A stretch of 64,000 nucleotides of DNA from Microcoleus sp. GTDB lineage: Bacteria > Cyanobacteriota > Cyanobacteriia > Cyanobacteriales > Microcoleaceae. A model generated the notes under the pieces. The model was not told where the DNA came from, did not search any database, and was given only the letters and a program-made list of their open reading frames with translations. Positions 43,033 through 52,574 of the stretch are shown piece after piece. The translations under genes and the position numbers were made by a program. How positions within the stretch are numbered: position 1 is the first letter of the stretch; each line of letters starts with the position of its first letter. The stretch is taken from positions 6,176,001 through 6,240,000 of the forward strand of contig CP181291.1 of NCBI GenBank assembly GCA_052279835.1. Direction: 5' to 3'.

Positions 43033-43150
43033 AATAGACACCGGACAGAAAGGAAAAGGAGGTCGCTATATTTAGAAACACAGTTCGAGGATATAGACAT
43101 GGTGTCTCCGGTCTAAATTCCCAAGGTGGCAGAAATTAACCGAACACAAC
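43033..43150 (+). ncRNA. Putative structured sRNA, PsrR1/SyR1-like
   Basis: Nested pairings (ACCGGA/TCCGGT, CTATAT/ATATAG) in a gene-free region. The motif order GAGGTCGC..GTTCG..ATGG..CGG resembles PsrR1 as recalled from memory. Confidence 0.45.
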
Positions 43151-44127
43151 ATATAATGTAGCAACACTGTCGATCGAACAGTAAAGCTAAACGAAAGTCG
43201 AGTCTGACTAATTGTGGTTTTGGATTAAAAGTAAAGCTGCAAAAGTTGTAAACCCCTAGTAAGTAATTGTTCTTAATCGGAAATATACCTCGTTTGTTAA
43301 AAAATCAAAGGTTCTCATATTGGGTCTGGTCGTGGTCGATCGGACCCTAAGTTTGTTGAGAGGGCTATTGACTGGCAAGTAATAGTTAAGTTTTATGTAC
43401 AAATTGAGCCGTAGCACTCATACTAAATCCAGGTTAAAAAATCTCGCTTATTGCTGGATAGAGCACGGCTGTAACAGGGATCAAGAAAATGATGATTGTG
43501 TAGAGCTAGTGGATGGTGCGTCGCTACCCTCCCCATGTACTGAGTCTGGGAGTTTTGAGGTGGGGGTAGAGGGGTAGAGGGGGAGTGGGGTAGAGGGGGA
43601 GACGGTGAGATGGGGAGATGGTGACATCGGTCAAGATAGTGGCTATTGGTACTGAATAATTCTGTCTAAACGTGATAAATAATTAGATGTGTGTTCGCGA
43701 TCGCTGCTTTTTAGTGGTGGATAAGCTGCTGTCGCTAAAGCTACAGTCAAGATGCGATATCATAGAAAATGTCAATAAAAGACATTAAAATCTACTTTGC
43801 TGTCTCAGGAAAGTCTACCCTTGACTAGCTTGCTGCAAGGTAAAGATGGCAAATCGCCATTTTTAGTAACAGGATTGCGCCCAACAATCTGAATCTCAGG
43901 ATATTTAGAGTGAATTCTCTAAAGAAACTTATCCCCGACTCAGGGGAAAGAGTCTCAAACCGTAGGGCCTATGTCACACAGGCAACTGTCCCAAACAACT
44001 GTCGCAAATCAGGGTAAAAGTGGGTGAGAAGCCTCTGGAGTCCGTTTTTATGGCTCGACTGGCGGTTTCGCCAAAAAATCTAGCACAGTTCTCAAATTCA
44101 CATTTTTCGGAGATTCGAGGTAAAATC

Positions 44128-44736
44128 ATGGCCGAAATAACTAAAGAAGAAATGCGCGAACGCCTGGGCAATATTGACCAGATTCGCGATATAATTTTCG
44201 GAGCTCAGCTTAGAGAATACGATAATCGCTTCGATAAAATAGATTCTGAGTTGTCGATGATGCAGCAAGATATGCAAGCTCGCATCGAACAAGTAAAAAC
44301 CGTTCTTTCCGGAGAAATGAGGGCGGCGGTTGATTCCTTTGAAAAGAAAATCAAATCAATCAGCTTGAATACCCAAGAAGAAAGCGCAGACCTCCGTCAG
44401 CAAATCGATCGCGTTAACCGAAAATTTTCCAGCAGCATAGAAGCACTGGACGAGGCGATAGACAATCAAACCACTTCCATTCGTGACGAAGTATCCCAAA
44501 CTAGAGAGCGACTCTCTGAAGAAACTCGCACTCTAAAAACACAAGTTTTTGAAGAACTCGATCGGCGTTTTTCCATGCTCAGAGAAGTCAAAGTTTCCAG
44601 AGATGACATGGCGGAAATTTTGTTTGAACTAGGCATGAGGCTCAAAGGCACTGAATTTGTACCGGAACTCAAGGGAGTGACGGATAATAAGCTAAATAAC
44701 GAATTTTTGTTACCAGAGCGTCACCATCACGGATAA
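44128..44736 (+). CDS. Coiled-coil (apolipoprotein-like) protein, first gene of the GTPase operon
   Basis: ATG after GAGG; IDQIRDIIFGAQLREY head, heptad body and VSRDDMAEILFELGMRL tail. Confidence 0.8.
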   Translation: MAEITKEEMRERLGNIDQIRDIIFGAQLREYDNRFDKIDSELSMMQQDMQARIEQVKTVLSGEMRAAVDSFEKKIKSISLNTQEESADLRQQIDRVNRKFSSSIEALDEAIDNQTTSIRDEVSQTRERLSEETRTLKTQVFEELDRRFSMLREVKVSRDDMAEILFELGMRLKGTEFVPELKGVTDNKLNNEFLLPERHHHG

Positions 44737-44746
44737 TTAACAACCC

Positions 44747-47452
44747 ATGACCTCACAGAAAGAAAATCCGGCTGACGAACATGAGTTGCAGGGTTGGATT
44801 TCTAAACCTGATGAATCTGCTGACGATGAAACAGCTCAGCTTGAACCGTTAGTGGATCTGTTGGTAGAACTCAAAATTATTGCAGGTTTAAACCGACAAA
44901 ATCCAGAGTCGGAACCAGACAGCAGTGATGAAGAAGATCGCACCCAGCTACTCGGTGGGTTGAAAGATTTGTTAGGTATGTCTGAGGAAGTTGAAGCAAG
45001 TGCAAAACCAGAAACCTTCGAGGGTGAAGCGGATTCTGGTGATGCACTGGCTTTTTTGGAAGAGTTTAAAAATTTGCTATTTGTTACTCAAAAACTGAAT
45101 ACTTCAGAACTAGAAAAAGACTATTCATCAGTTAATACTATAGATGTTTTGGCGATCGGCGAGGTGGAGCTAGAGCAGAGAGCGCACCAGATTCAAGACT
45201 TGTCTACCTCGCCGATTCAAAATGCTGCACAACCAGCTCACACATCTCAGGAGAGGGGTCTTAATTTAGAGCCTGTGGCTGCTCCCCAAACCGAGGTACA
45301 ACCCTCAGCAATAGGGGATATTCCGCTTGTTCCAGCCACCTCAGAACCACCAGAAATCGCCCATTTAGATGCTGCGGAGGCTTCGCATCTAGAAAGGGCT
45401 TCACTAGAACAGCCCACCCACCTATCGCAGCCGATAGAAATATTGGGACAAATAAAACAGGATTTCAATGAAGCCGACAGCGCGATGGAAAGGCTGCAAA
45501 ATTTGATTTTCGGCTCGCAAATATCAGATATCGAGCAAGTGAAAAATCTGTTGGCTGAAAACGATTTGCCCGCAGTGCGCCGTCTGATGACCACCATCGA
45601 TGAAAAATTAGGAAAGTTGGAGCACCAACTTTACGATCCCCAAGAGTTGATTGCCCTGATGCTACCTTGGATCGCAGAAATTCTTAGCCGTAAAATAACA
45701 GAGTCTAAGGAAGAAGTTGTAAACGCGATCGTACCGATTATTGACGAAGTGATTAGGGCAAAAACTCAAGAAAATAAGCAAGCCATGAGTTCGGCGATCG
45801 CTGAATTACTTCCCGACGCACTTGCTCAACAAATCCATAATTCACCCGCAGATATTGCTAAGGCGATCGCCCCGGAAATCGGCATGGCAATTAAAGAACA
45901 AATTCGCCTCGACCAAGAGTCGATCGCTCAAGCCCTAGGGCCGGAAATGGGCAAAGCGATTACAGCCCAAATTGAGTTTGAACGAGATTCAATGGTAGAT
46001 GCGCTCTATCCGGTAATTGGCAGTACCATCTCTAAATACATGGCAGAAGCGATCAAGACCATCAATGAAAAAGTGTCCAACACCCTCAGCGTCGAAGGAG
46101 TTAAGCGGAAAATTCGCTCCAAAGTCCAAGGAGTCTCCGAAGCCGAATTAATCCTTCAAGAATCCATACCTTTTACCGTCCAAGCAGTATTCTTAATTCA
46201 CAAGGCATCAGGGTTAGTGATTTCCGAAGCTCAACAATTAGGAGATTACCAACTAGAATCAGAAATGGTCGCAGGAATGCTCACAGCTATTAGCAGCTTT
46301 GTAAATGATTGTATTGTCAGACCCGGACAAATTTCCGAACTAAATCAAATTGAATACGGCGAATCCAAGATTATGTTAGAAGTAGCCGGATACTGTTACC
46401 TAGCAGCAGTAATCAAAGGAGAACCACCGCGAAATTTTATCAAAAAAATGCGGGAAACTGTCAGCACAATTATTATCAATTATGGAAAATCTATCAATCA
46501 ATTTAACGGCAACCCCCGTACCATATCTGATGACCTGCATCCACTGTTACTGGGTTTATTAGCAAAATTTACAACAGAACAGCAAACACTAGCAAAACCC
46601 CCCCTAGCCCTTGCGGGACTGAGCTTAGCATTGCTAAGCTTAATCGTAGTACCTTGGGGAATTTATCAGTACCGCAGTAACATTGACCGTCGCCTTGCCG
46701 ATAATGCCACTTTCGCTTTAGGATCGACTCCAGAATTAGCGGTTTATCGCTTAAATGTGAGTGTTGAAGGCAAAACTCTGAAGTTAACCGGAAAGTTGCC
46801 AAATCCCGAATTACGAGTAAAAGCTGGCCAAATAGCTGCATCAACGGCACCAAATTTGAAATTGGACAATCAAATTGTCGCGGTCGATTTACCTCCCGAT
46901 CCAGTGTTGACAAAGGCAGAGGTGCAGCGAATCACTGCTGTTTTGAACCGACTCTGGGGTGTTTCTATTTCTAGTCGGTATGACGATCGCAGAGTTACAG
47001 TAGAAGGAACAGTGATGGAACAGGGAGATGTGCAGAAAATTACTCAGTCTTTTAAGCAAATTCCCGGAGTTCAATCAGTGATTAGCACAGTTAAATTAGA
47101 TCCACTGAAAATTACAAGTCGCATTTACTTTGAGCCAGGAACAGCAAAATTCGACTCAACATATCAAGAGACAATTGTCAATATCAGAGATTTTTTGAGA
47201 CAGCATCCTCAAAAAAGTATTAAGATAATTGGGCACAGCGATCGCACTGGAGAATTTGGCATCAATCAACAGTTGTCGCTCCGGCGTGCAGCCACAGTGC
47301 GAGATGCCCTGGTCTTGCAAGGTGCTGACCCGCAGCGCCTCCAAGTGGTCGCCAGCAACAGTCCTCCTGCGGATGTAGCACAAAATCAACCGCTACTTTT
47401 AAGCAGGTGCGTGCTATTTGAACCAATAACTAAGAGCATCAACAGCAAATAA
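44747..47452 (+). CDS. Membrane protein: acidic N-terminus, 23-aa helical repeats, longin/roadblock-like domain, TM, two BON-like domains, OmpA_C
   Basis: TM LALAGLSLALLSLIVVPWG, LKLTG..P and VTVEG..IPGV.SV (BON), RIYFEPG, IIGHSD and LSLRRA (OmpA). Confidence 0.85.
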   Translation: MTSQKENPADEHELQGWISKPDESADDETAQLEPLVDLLVELKIIAGLNRQNPESEPDSSDEEDRTQLLGGLKDLLGMSEEVEASAKPETFEGEADSGDALAFLEEFKNLLFVTQKLNTSELEKDYSSVNTIDVLAIGEVELEQRAHQIQDLSTSPIQNAAQPAHTSQERGLNLEPVAAPQTEVQPSAIGDIPLVPATSEPPEIAHLDAAEASHLERASLEQPTHLSQPIEILGQIKQDFNEADSAMERLQNLIFGSQISDIEQVKNLLAENDLPAVRRLMTTIDEKLGKLEHQLYDPQELIALMLPWIAEILSRKITESKEEVVNAIVPIIDEVIRAKTQENKQAMSSAIAELLPDALAQQIHNSPADIAKAIAPEIGMAIKEQIRLDQESIAQALGPEMGKAITAQIEFERDSMVDALYPVIGSTISKYMAEAIKTINEKVSNTLSVEGVKRKIRSKVQGVSEAELILQESIPFTVQAVFLIHKASGLVISEAQQLGDYQLESEMVAGMLTAISSFVNDCIVRPGQISELNQIEYGESKIMLEVAGYCYLAAVIKGEPPRNFIKKMRETVSTIIINYGKSINQFNGNPRTISDDLHPLLLGLLAKFTTEQQTLAKPPLALAGLSLALLSLIVVPWGIYQYRSNIDRRLADNATFALGSTPELAVYRLNVSVEGKTLKLTGKLPNPELRVKAGQIAASTAPNLKLDNQIVAVDLPPDPVLTKAEVQRITAVLNRLWGVSISSRYDDRRVTVEGTVMEQGDVQKITQSFKQIPGVQSVISTVKLDPLKITSRIYFEPGTAKFDSTYQETIVNIRDFLRQHPQKSIKIIGHSDRTGEFGINQQLSLRRAATVRDALVLQGADPQRLQVVASNSPPADVAQNQPLLLSRCVLFEPITKSINSK

Positions 47453-47454
47453 TT

Positions 47455-47991
47455 ATGTCAGTTACTATCTCTAAAAAAATGTGCATGATCGGCGATTTTG
47501 GCGTGGGTAAAACCAGCATGATCCGCCGTTTTGTCGATCGGCAATTCAGCGACCAGTACCTGTCCACGGTAGGAGTAAAAATTTCTCGCAAAAGTATTGT
47601 ATTAGAAAACAGTACAAAACAGGAAATTGTCACAGCACAGTTGCTGATTTGGGATTTAGAGGGGCATACAAAATTCAAAGGTATCGCCCCCACTTATTTG
47701 CAGGGAGCAGGCGGCGTTTTAATTGTTGCCGATGTCAGCCGCTCAGAAACTGTTGAGCGAATTTCCGAACACATTAAGCTTTTTTCTTCAGTCAACCCAA
47801 AAGGATCAATAATCATCGCTTTGAACAAAGTAGACTTGATAGACGAAGAAAAATTAGCACTGCTAGTGGAAATTGCCCATTCCATAGGTCAAGATAAAGT
47901 AGTAGCAGTTTACACAACATCTGCTAAAACGGGCAAAGACGTCGATGAAATTTTTCACAAACTAGCTTACACAATGGTAGAACAAGTATGA
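47455..47991 (+). CDS. Rab/Ras-like small GTPase (stand-alone)
   Basis: G1 GDFGVGKTS, G2 YLSTVGV, G3 IWDLEG, G4 NKVD and G5 TSAK; no C-terminal Cys prenylation motif. Confidence 0.93.
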   Translation: MSVTISKKMCMIGDFGVGKTSMIRRFVDRQFSDQYLSTVGVKISRKSIVLENSTKQEIVTAQLLIWDLEGHTKFKGIAPTYLQGAGGVLIVADVSRSETVERISEHIKLFSSVNPKGSIIIALNKVDLIDEEKLALLVEIAHSIGQDKVVAVYTTSAKTGKDVDEIFHKLAYTMVEQV

Positions 47992-49565
47992 TCAATATTT
48001 TTAGAAAGCTGTTAGTCCCCCAAGAAACCGAATATTTTGTGATTAATCACAATTTCCTTATTGAGGAAACCTCCTCAGCCGTGCAGCGGTTTGCAGATAC
48101 AGCAGGCGAGGCTTTACCCGGTGTGGATGCCCGCATCTGTTTTCCTGAATTAATTGGAGTTGAAAATATCCTCACATCTATAATTATCGGACAGAGGTCA
48201 AGTTTTCAAGTCAAGGGGATTGCTAGGTTTACCGACAATAATCATCCTTTATATTTCGATCTGTTAGTAATTGAACATGAAAACAACGAAGAACAAGAAG
48301 AAGAAGAACGACGACCAAGTAAATTGCTAATTTTGATTGAAGATTCCACAGAAAAAATGGTAATGAAGCAATCATTAATCCAAAGAGCTAATGAGGCAAA
48401 TCTTTTAGTGAGAGCCTTAGAAGCTTCGAGAGATTACATAGATAAAGTAATTATATCTATGGGCGATGCTTTGTTAGTCACAACCACCTTGGGCATCATC
48501 AAAACAGTAAACCAATCCGCTCAATTGTTGTTTGGGTACAGCGAATCAGAAATTGTCGAACAGCCTTTGTCCATGATTGTCGTGGAAGAAAAATTGCTTT
48601 ACCAAGCTCGCCACCATTATATTTTATCTCAAGAAGAATTAGTGAGAGAATTGGAGGTAGTCTGCACGACAAAAACAGGAGCAGAAATTTGGGTAGAATT
48701 TTCCTGTGCGGCGATTCAGACGGAACTGAAGGGGCTATATGATTTTGTCTACATAGGTAGAGATGTTACAGAACGCAAGCAACAAGAAATCGAAATTCGT
48801 CGCTCTTTGGCAAGAGAACAGGAACTCAGAGACGTAAAATCTCGCTTTTTTTCGATGCTTGCTCACGAATTTGGCAATCCTTTAAATACAGTATTGTTTT
48901 CTACTCAAATTCTCAAAGAATACGGCGATGAAATTACACTACCTGAGAAAAAAGAATACCTCGAACATATTCAATCCGCATCTAAACACATGGCTCAGCT
49001 ATTAGATGATGTTCGCTTGCTTAGTAGTGCAGAAGCAGGGAAATTGAAATTCAATCCCACACCAGTTGACTTGAAAAGTTTTTGCAACGATTTAGTAGAA
49101 TCTATCAAAATTAGCTTCGGCAAAAATCATGCAGTTTGTTTTATTTACCGGCGAATAATGTCGCGGGTGAGATTAATCAACAACTCTTATGATGACAGCA
49201 AAAAATTACCCGCCATGGATAAAAAATTGCTGCGACACATATTGACAAACTTGCTGTCAAATGGTATTAAATATTCGCCGATCGATAGCAATGTTTATTT
49301 TGAGTTGCATTGTTATGATGAAGAGGCTATCTTTAAAATTAAAGATGAAGGAATTGGCATTCCTATAGAAGACCAAGAACAACTATTTGAATCTTATTAC
49401 CGGGCTCAAAATGTAGGTAAAATACCCGGTACTGGACTAGGTTTATCCATAGTCAAGCAGTGTGTAGACTTGCACGGCGGTCAAATTGAATTTTCCAGCG
49501 AAACAGGGTTAGGTACTACTTTTATAGTGACCATTCCATATTACAAATCAAAGCAAATAGATTAA
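47988..49565 (+). CDS. PAS sensor histidine kinase
   Basis: PAS, H-box AHEFGNPL, N-box NLLSNGIKYS, DEGIG and GTGLGL; ATGA overlap with the GTPase gene. Confidence 0.93.
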   Translation: MINIFRKLLVPQETEYFVINHNFLIEETSSAVQRFADTAGEALPGVDARICFPELIGVENILTSIIIGQRSSFQVKGIARFTDNNHPLYFDLLVIEHENNEEQEEEERRPSKLLILIEDSTEKMVMKQSLIQRANEANLLVRALEASRDYIDKVIISMGDALLVTTTLGIIKTVNQSAQLLFGYSESEIVEQPLSMIVVEEKLLYQARHHYILSQEELVRELEVVCTTKTGAEIWVEFSCAAIQTELKGLYDFVYIGRDVTERKQQEIEIRRSLAREQELRDVKSRFFSMLAHEFGNPLNTVLFSTQILKEYGDEITLPEKKEYLEHIQSASKHMAQLLDDVRLLSSAEAGKLKFNPTPVDLKSFCNDLVESIKISFGKNHAVCFIYRRIMSRVRLINNSYDDSKKLPAMDKKLLRHILTNLLSNGIKYSPIDSNVYFELHCYDEEAIFKIKDEGIGIPIEDQEQLFESYYRAQNVGKIPGTGLGLSIVKQCVDLHGGQIEFSSETGLGTTFIVTIPYYKSKQID

Positions 49566-49613
49566 TCTCAGATTTCTGGATACCAAGGGCGCATTTACTA
49601 CTAAAGATCCCAA

Positions 49614-52394
49614 ATGAAAACCCTGTTACAAAAACTATTGGTTCCTCACCACCTGGAGTACCTAGCACTAGATAGAGACTTTTTAATTCAAGAGACATCT
49701 GCCAATGTACAGCGTTTTGCCTACTGTGACGAAATAGTATCGGGAAATGATGTTCGCCTTCACTTTCCAGAATTGGTAGGAACTGAAGAAATTTTAATCG
49801 ATATCTTTGAAGGGAGTTTGCCAAATTTTGATTTAAAAGCGATGACGCGGGTTTTAGAGGATAACTCGCGACTGTATTTTGATATGTATATCGTCGAATT
49901 CAAAGATGATGAAAGTCATCAAAGATTAATTATATTTTTTGAAGATGTAACAGACAGGATGGGTTTAGAACAAACTCTTGTTCAGGCGACCAATGAAATG
50001 AATATTTTATTGAGTACCTTAGCAGCTACTAACAATTATGTGGAAAAAATTATTACTTCCATGGCAGAAGTCTTGTTAGTGACCACCGCCAGTGGAAAAA
50101 TTAAAAAAGTTAATCAAGCTGCTCAAAATTTGTTTGGTTACAGCGACTCGGAATTAGTAGGACGACAAATAAATGCGATCGCTCCCATAGGTCAATCTTT
50201 ACACGATCTCAGTAAACAAGGTGAATTGGTTCAAACGAAGGGGGAAGTAATTTGCACAGCAAAAACAGGAGAAAAGCTAACATTGGCTTTTTCCTGTACC
50301 CCTATTCCCAGTGATATTAAGAGTATTTCTGATGGGACGACAGACCTCAAGGATTTCCTGTATATCGGTAGAGATGTTACAGATAGAAAGCGGGCTAGCA
50401 AGCGAAAAGTAGCCCAATATGTCACCACGCGCATACTCTCGGCATCGGAAACAATCAAAAAGGCGATCGCCGCAATTCTCCCGGTAATTTGCGACAGTTT
50501 GGGATGGGATACCGCCGAACTCTGGATGCCAGAAATAGGTGAAAAACTACTGTCAGTAACTAAGAGAAAAGTTCCGATTTCCGATCCAAATCTGCTCCGG
50601 TGTGTGGCCAATTGGACAAAACGTTCAATCTCTATTCCAGAATTTGTAGAAGTTGCCGAACAAACTACCTTTGCAATGGGGGAAGGATTACCGGGGCGCG
50701 TTTGGGCCACCGGTTCCCCTGAGTTGATTAGAGATATAAGTGAAAGTGACAAGTTTTATCGCCGAGAAATTGCGGGTAGATCGGGATTGCATGGAGCTTT
50801 TTGCTTCCCAATTTTGGGCGACTACGAACAGGAAAATTCTACCCGGTCAATTTTGGGTGTCATCGCTTTTTTTAGTTGCGAGGTGCAGTGCTACGACGAA
50901 GAATTGCTCCAGACAATGGCAACAATTGGCAGCCAAATTGGTCAATTTATTAAGCGAAAACAAGCAGAAGCAGCCTTGCGAGAAAGTGAAGAACAACTGC
51001 GAGACTTATTTGAAAATGCTAGCGACTTGATTCAAAGCATTGGAGCTGACGGTCATTTTTTGTACGTGAATCGGGCTTGGCGAGAAACTCTTGGGTACAG
51101 CGAAGCAGAAATTGCTAAAATGACAGTATTTGATATCATTCATCCTAACAGTTCCCCGGATTCTCTTCACATATTCGATCGGGCGATTCGCGACAAAGAA
51201 ATAGATGAAAATACTTTTTATCCAGATTCTGTAGAAGCGATTTTTGTGACCAAAAAATACCAACAAATTTTGTTGGAAGGGAGTATAAGCTGTAAATTTG
51301 CTGATGGTCAGCTAGTGGCAATTCGCGCGATTTTGCGAGACATTACTGCTCGCAAACAAGCTGAAGATGCTTTAGCCCAATCTGTCTCCCTGCTCCAAGC
51401 AACTTTTGATTCCACTGCTGACGGGATTTTAGCCACCGATCGCACGGGAAAAATAGTCAGTTTCAACCGAGAATTTATAGAAATGTGGGGCATTCCCGAT
51501 GAAGTGATGGCACTGCGATCGGACGCACAAATGGTGGCTTTTGTCCTCAACCAACTGAAAGATCCCCAAGCATTTCAAGAAAGAATAGAATCACTTTACG
51601 AGCAGCCAGAAGCGGAAAGTTACGATTTGTTAGAATTTCAAGACGGCAGATTTTTTGAACGCTACTCTGAACCGCAGCGACTGGGAGATGAAATCATCGG
51701 CAGAGTTTGGAGTTACCATGACATCACCGAACGCAAGCAAGCAGAAGATGCCCTCCGGGAAGAACAAGAAAAATCTGAAAAACTCCTTTTAAATATTTTG
51801 CCAAAGCCCATAGCAGAAAGGCTTAAACGAAATGAAACTACTATTGCAGAATACTTTCCTGAAGTTACCGTTTTATTCGCAGATATTGTGGGTTTTACAC
51901 ACTTGTCTACCCTGATGAATCCCATCGATCTAGTGGAGTTGCTCAACCAAATTTTTTCCAGCTTTGACCTGATTTGCGAACGGCTGGGGTTAGAGAAAAT
52001 TAAGACTATTGGCGACGCATACATGGTAGTAGGAGGATTGCCTGAGCCTAGGGCAGACCATGCCGAAGCGATCGCCCAAATGGCCCTGGATATGCAAACA
52101 GAAATAGCCAGATTTAATGCTCAAAATAACAAATATTTTAGCATCCGCATCGGTATCCATAGTGGCCCTGTGGTGGCGGGAGTAATTGGCATCAAAAAAT
52201 TTATTTACGATTTGTGGGGCGACACGGTTAATATTGCTTCTCGCATGGAATCTCACGGTTTGCCTTGGCGAATTCAAGTGAGTGAAGCTACTTATAATTT
52301 ATTGCAACACAAATACTTATTCGAGCGGCGGGAAACTATTCATGTTAAAGGGAAAGGGGAGATGACAACTTATTTAATTATAGGCGAAAAGTAA
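49614..52394 (+). CDS. PAS/GAF class III adenylate cyclase
   Basis: FADIVGFT, EKIKTIGDAYM and IYDLWGDTVNIASRMES (adenine-specifying Lys and Asp), preceded by several PAS domains and one GAF. Confidence 0.94.
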   Translation: MKTLLQKLLVPHHLEYLALDRDFLIQETSANVQRFAYCDEIVSGNDVRLHFPELVGTEEILIDIFEGSLPNFDLKAMTRVLEDNSRLYFDMYIVEFKDDESHQRLIIFFEDVTDRMGLEQTLVQATNEMNILLSTLAATNNYVEKIITSMAEVLLVTTASGKIKKVNQAAQNLFGYSDSELVGRQINAIAPIGQSLHDLSKQGELVQTKGEVICTAKTGEKLTLAFSCTPIPSDIKSISDGTTDLKDFLYIGRDVTDRKRASKRKVAQYVTTRILSASETIKKAIAAILPVICDSLGWDTAELWMPEIGEKLLSVTKRKVPISDPNLLRCVANWTKRSISIPEFVEVAEQTTFAMGEGLPGRVWATGSPELIRDISESDKFYRREIAGRSGLHGAFCFPILGDYEQENSTRSILGVIAFFSCEVQCYDEELLQTMATIGSQIGQFIKRKQAEAALRESEEQLRDLFENASDLIQSIGADGHFLYVNRAWRETLGYSEAEIAKMTVFDIIHPNSSPDSLHIFDRAIRDKEIDENTFYPDSVEAIFVTKKYQQILLEGSISCKFADGQLVAIRAILRDITARKQAEDALAQSVSLLQATFDSTADGILATDRTGKIVSFNREFIEMWGIPDEVMALRSDAQMVAFVLNQLKDPQAFQERIESLYEQPEAESYDLLEFQDGRFFERYSEPQRLGDEIIGRVWSYHDITERKQAEDALREEQEKSEKLLLNILPKPIAERLKRNETTIAEYFPEVTVLFADIVGFTHLSTLMNPIDLVELLNQIFSSFDLICERLGLEKIKTIGDAYMVVGGLPEPRADHAEAIAQMALDMQTEIARFNAQNNKYFSIRIGIHSGPVVAGVIGIKKFIYDLWGDTVNIASRMESHGLPWRIQVSEATYNLLQHKYLFERRETIHVKGKGEMTTYLIIGEK

Positions 52395-52574
52395 ATTTAG
52401 TTATTGGTTATTGGTTAGTGGTTATTCGTTAGTCGTTAGTGGTTATTACTCATGGGTTAACTAACAACTAACTCTTGGATGACGCTTCGTCGCTCAGGGC
52501 ATCGCCACTAACTACTAACTACTGAGTAAAACTATTGCTAAAATTAGTGGAGAAACCCAAACAGGTCAAGATTC

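Noticed and set aside
43920..43995. c-di-GMP-I riboswitch-like text (GAAA...CAAACCGTAGGGCCT)
   Set aside because: The GGCAAA and GACGCAAA consensus elements are absent, so it cannot be supported without a covariance search.
47455..47991. Eukaryotic contamination or a Roco fragment
   Set aside because: It is translationally coupled to bacterial genes, has no prenylation motif and has no LRR or COR domain.
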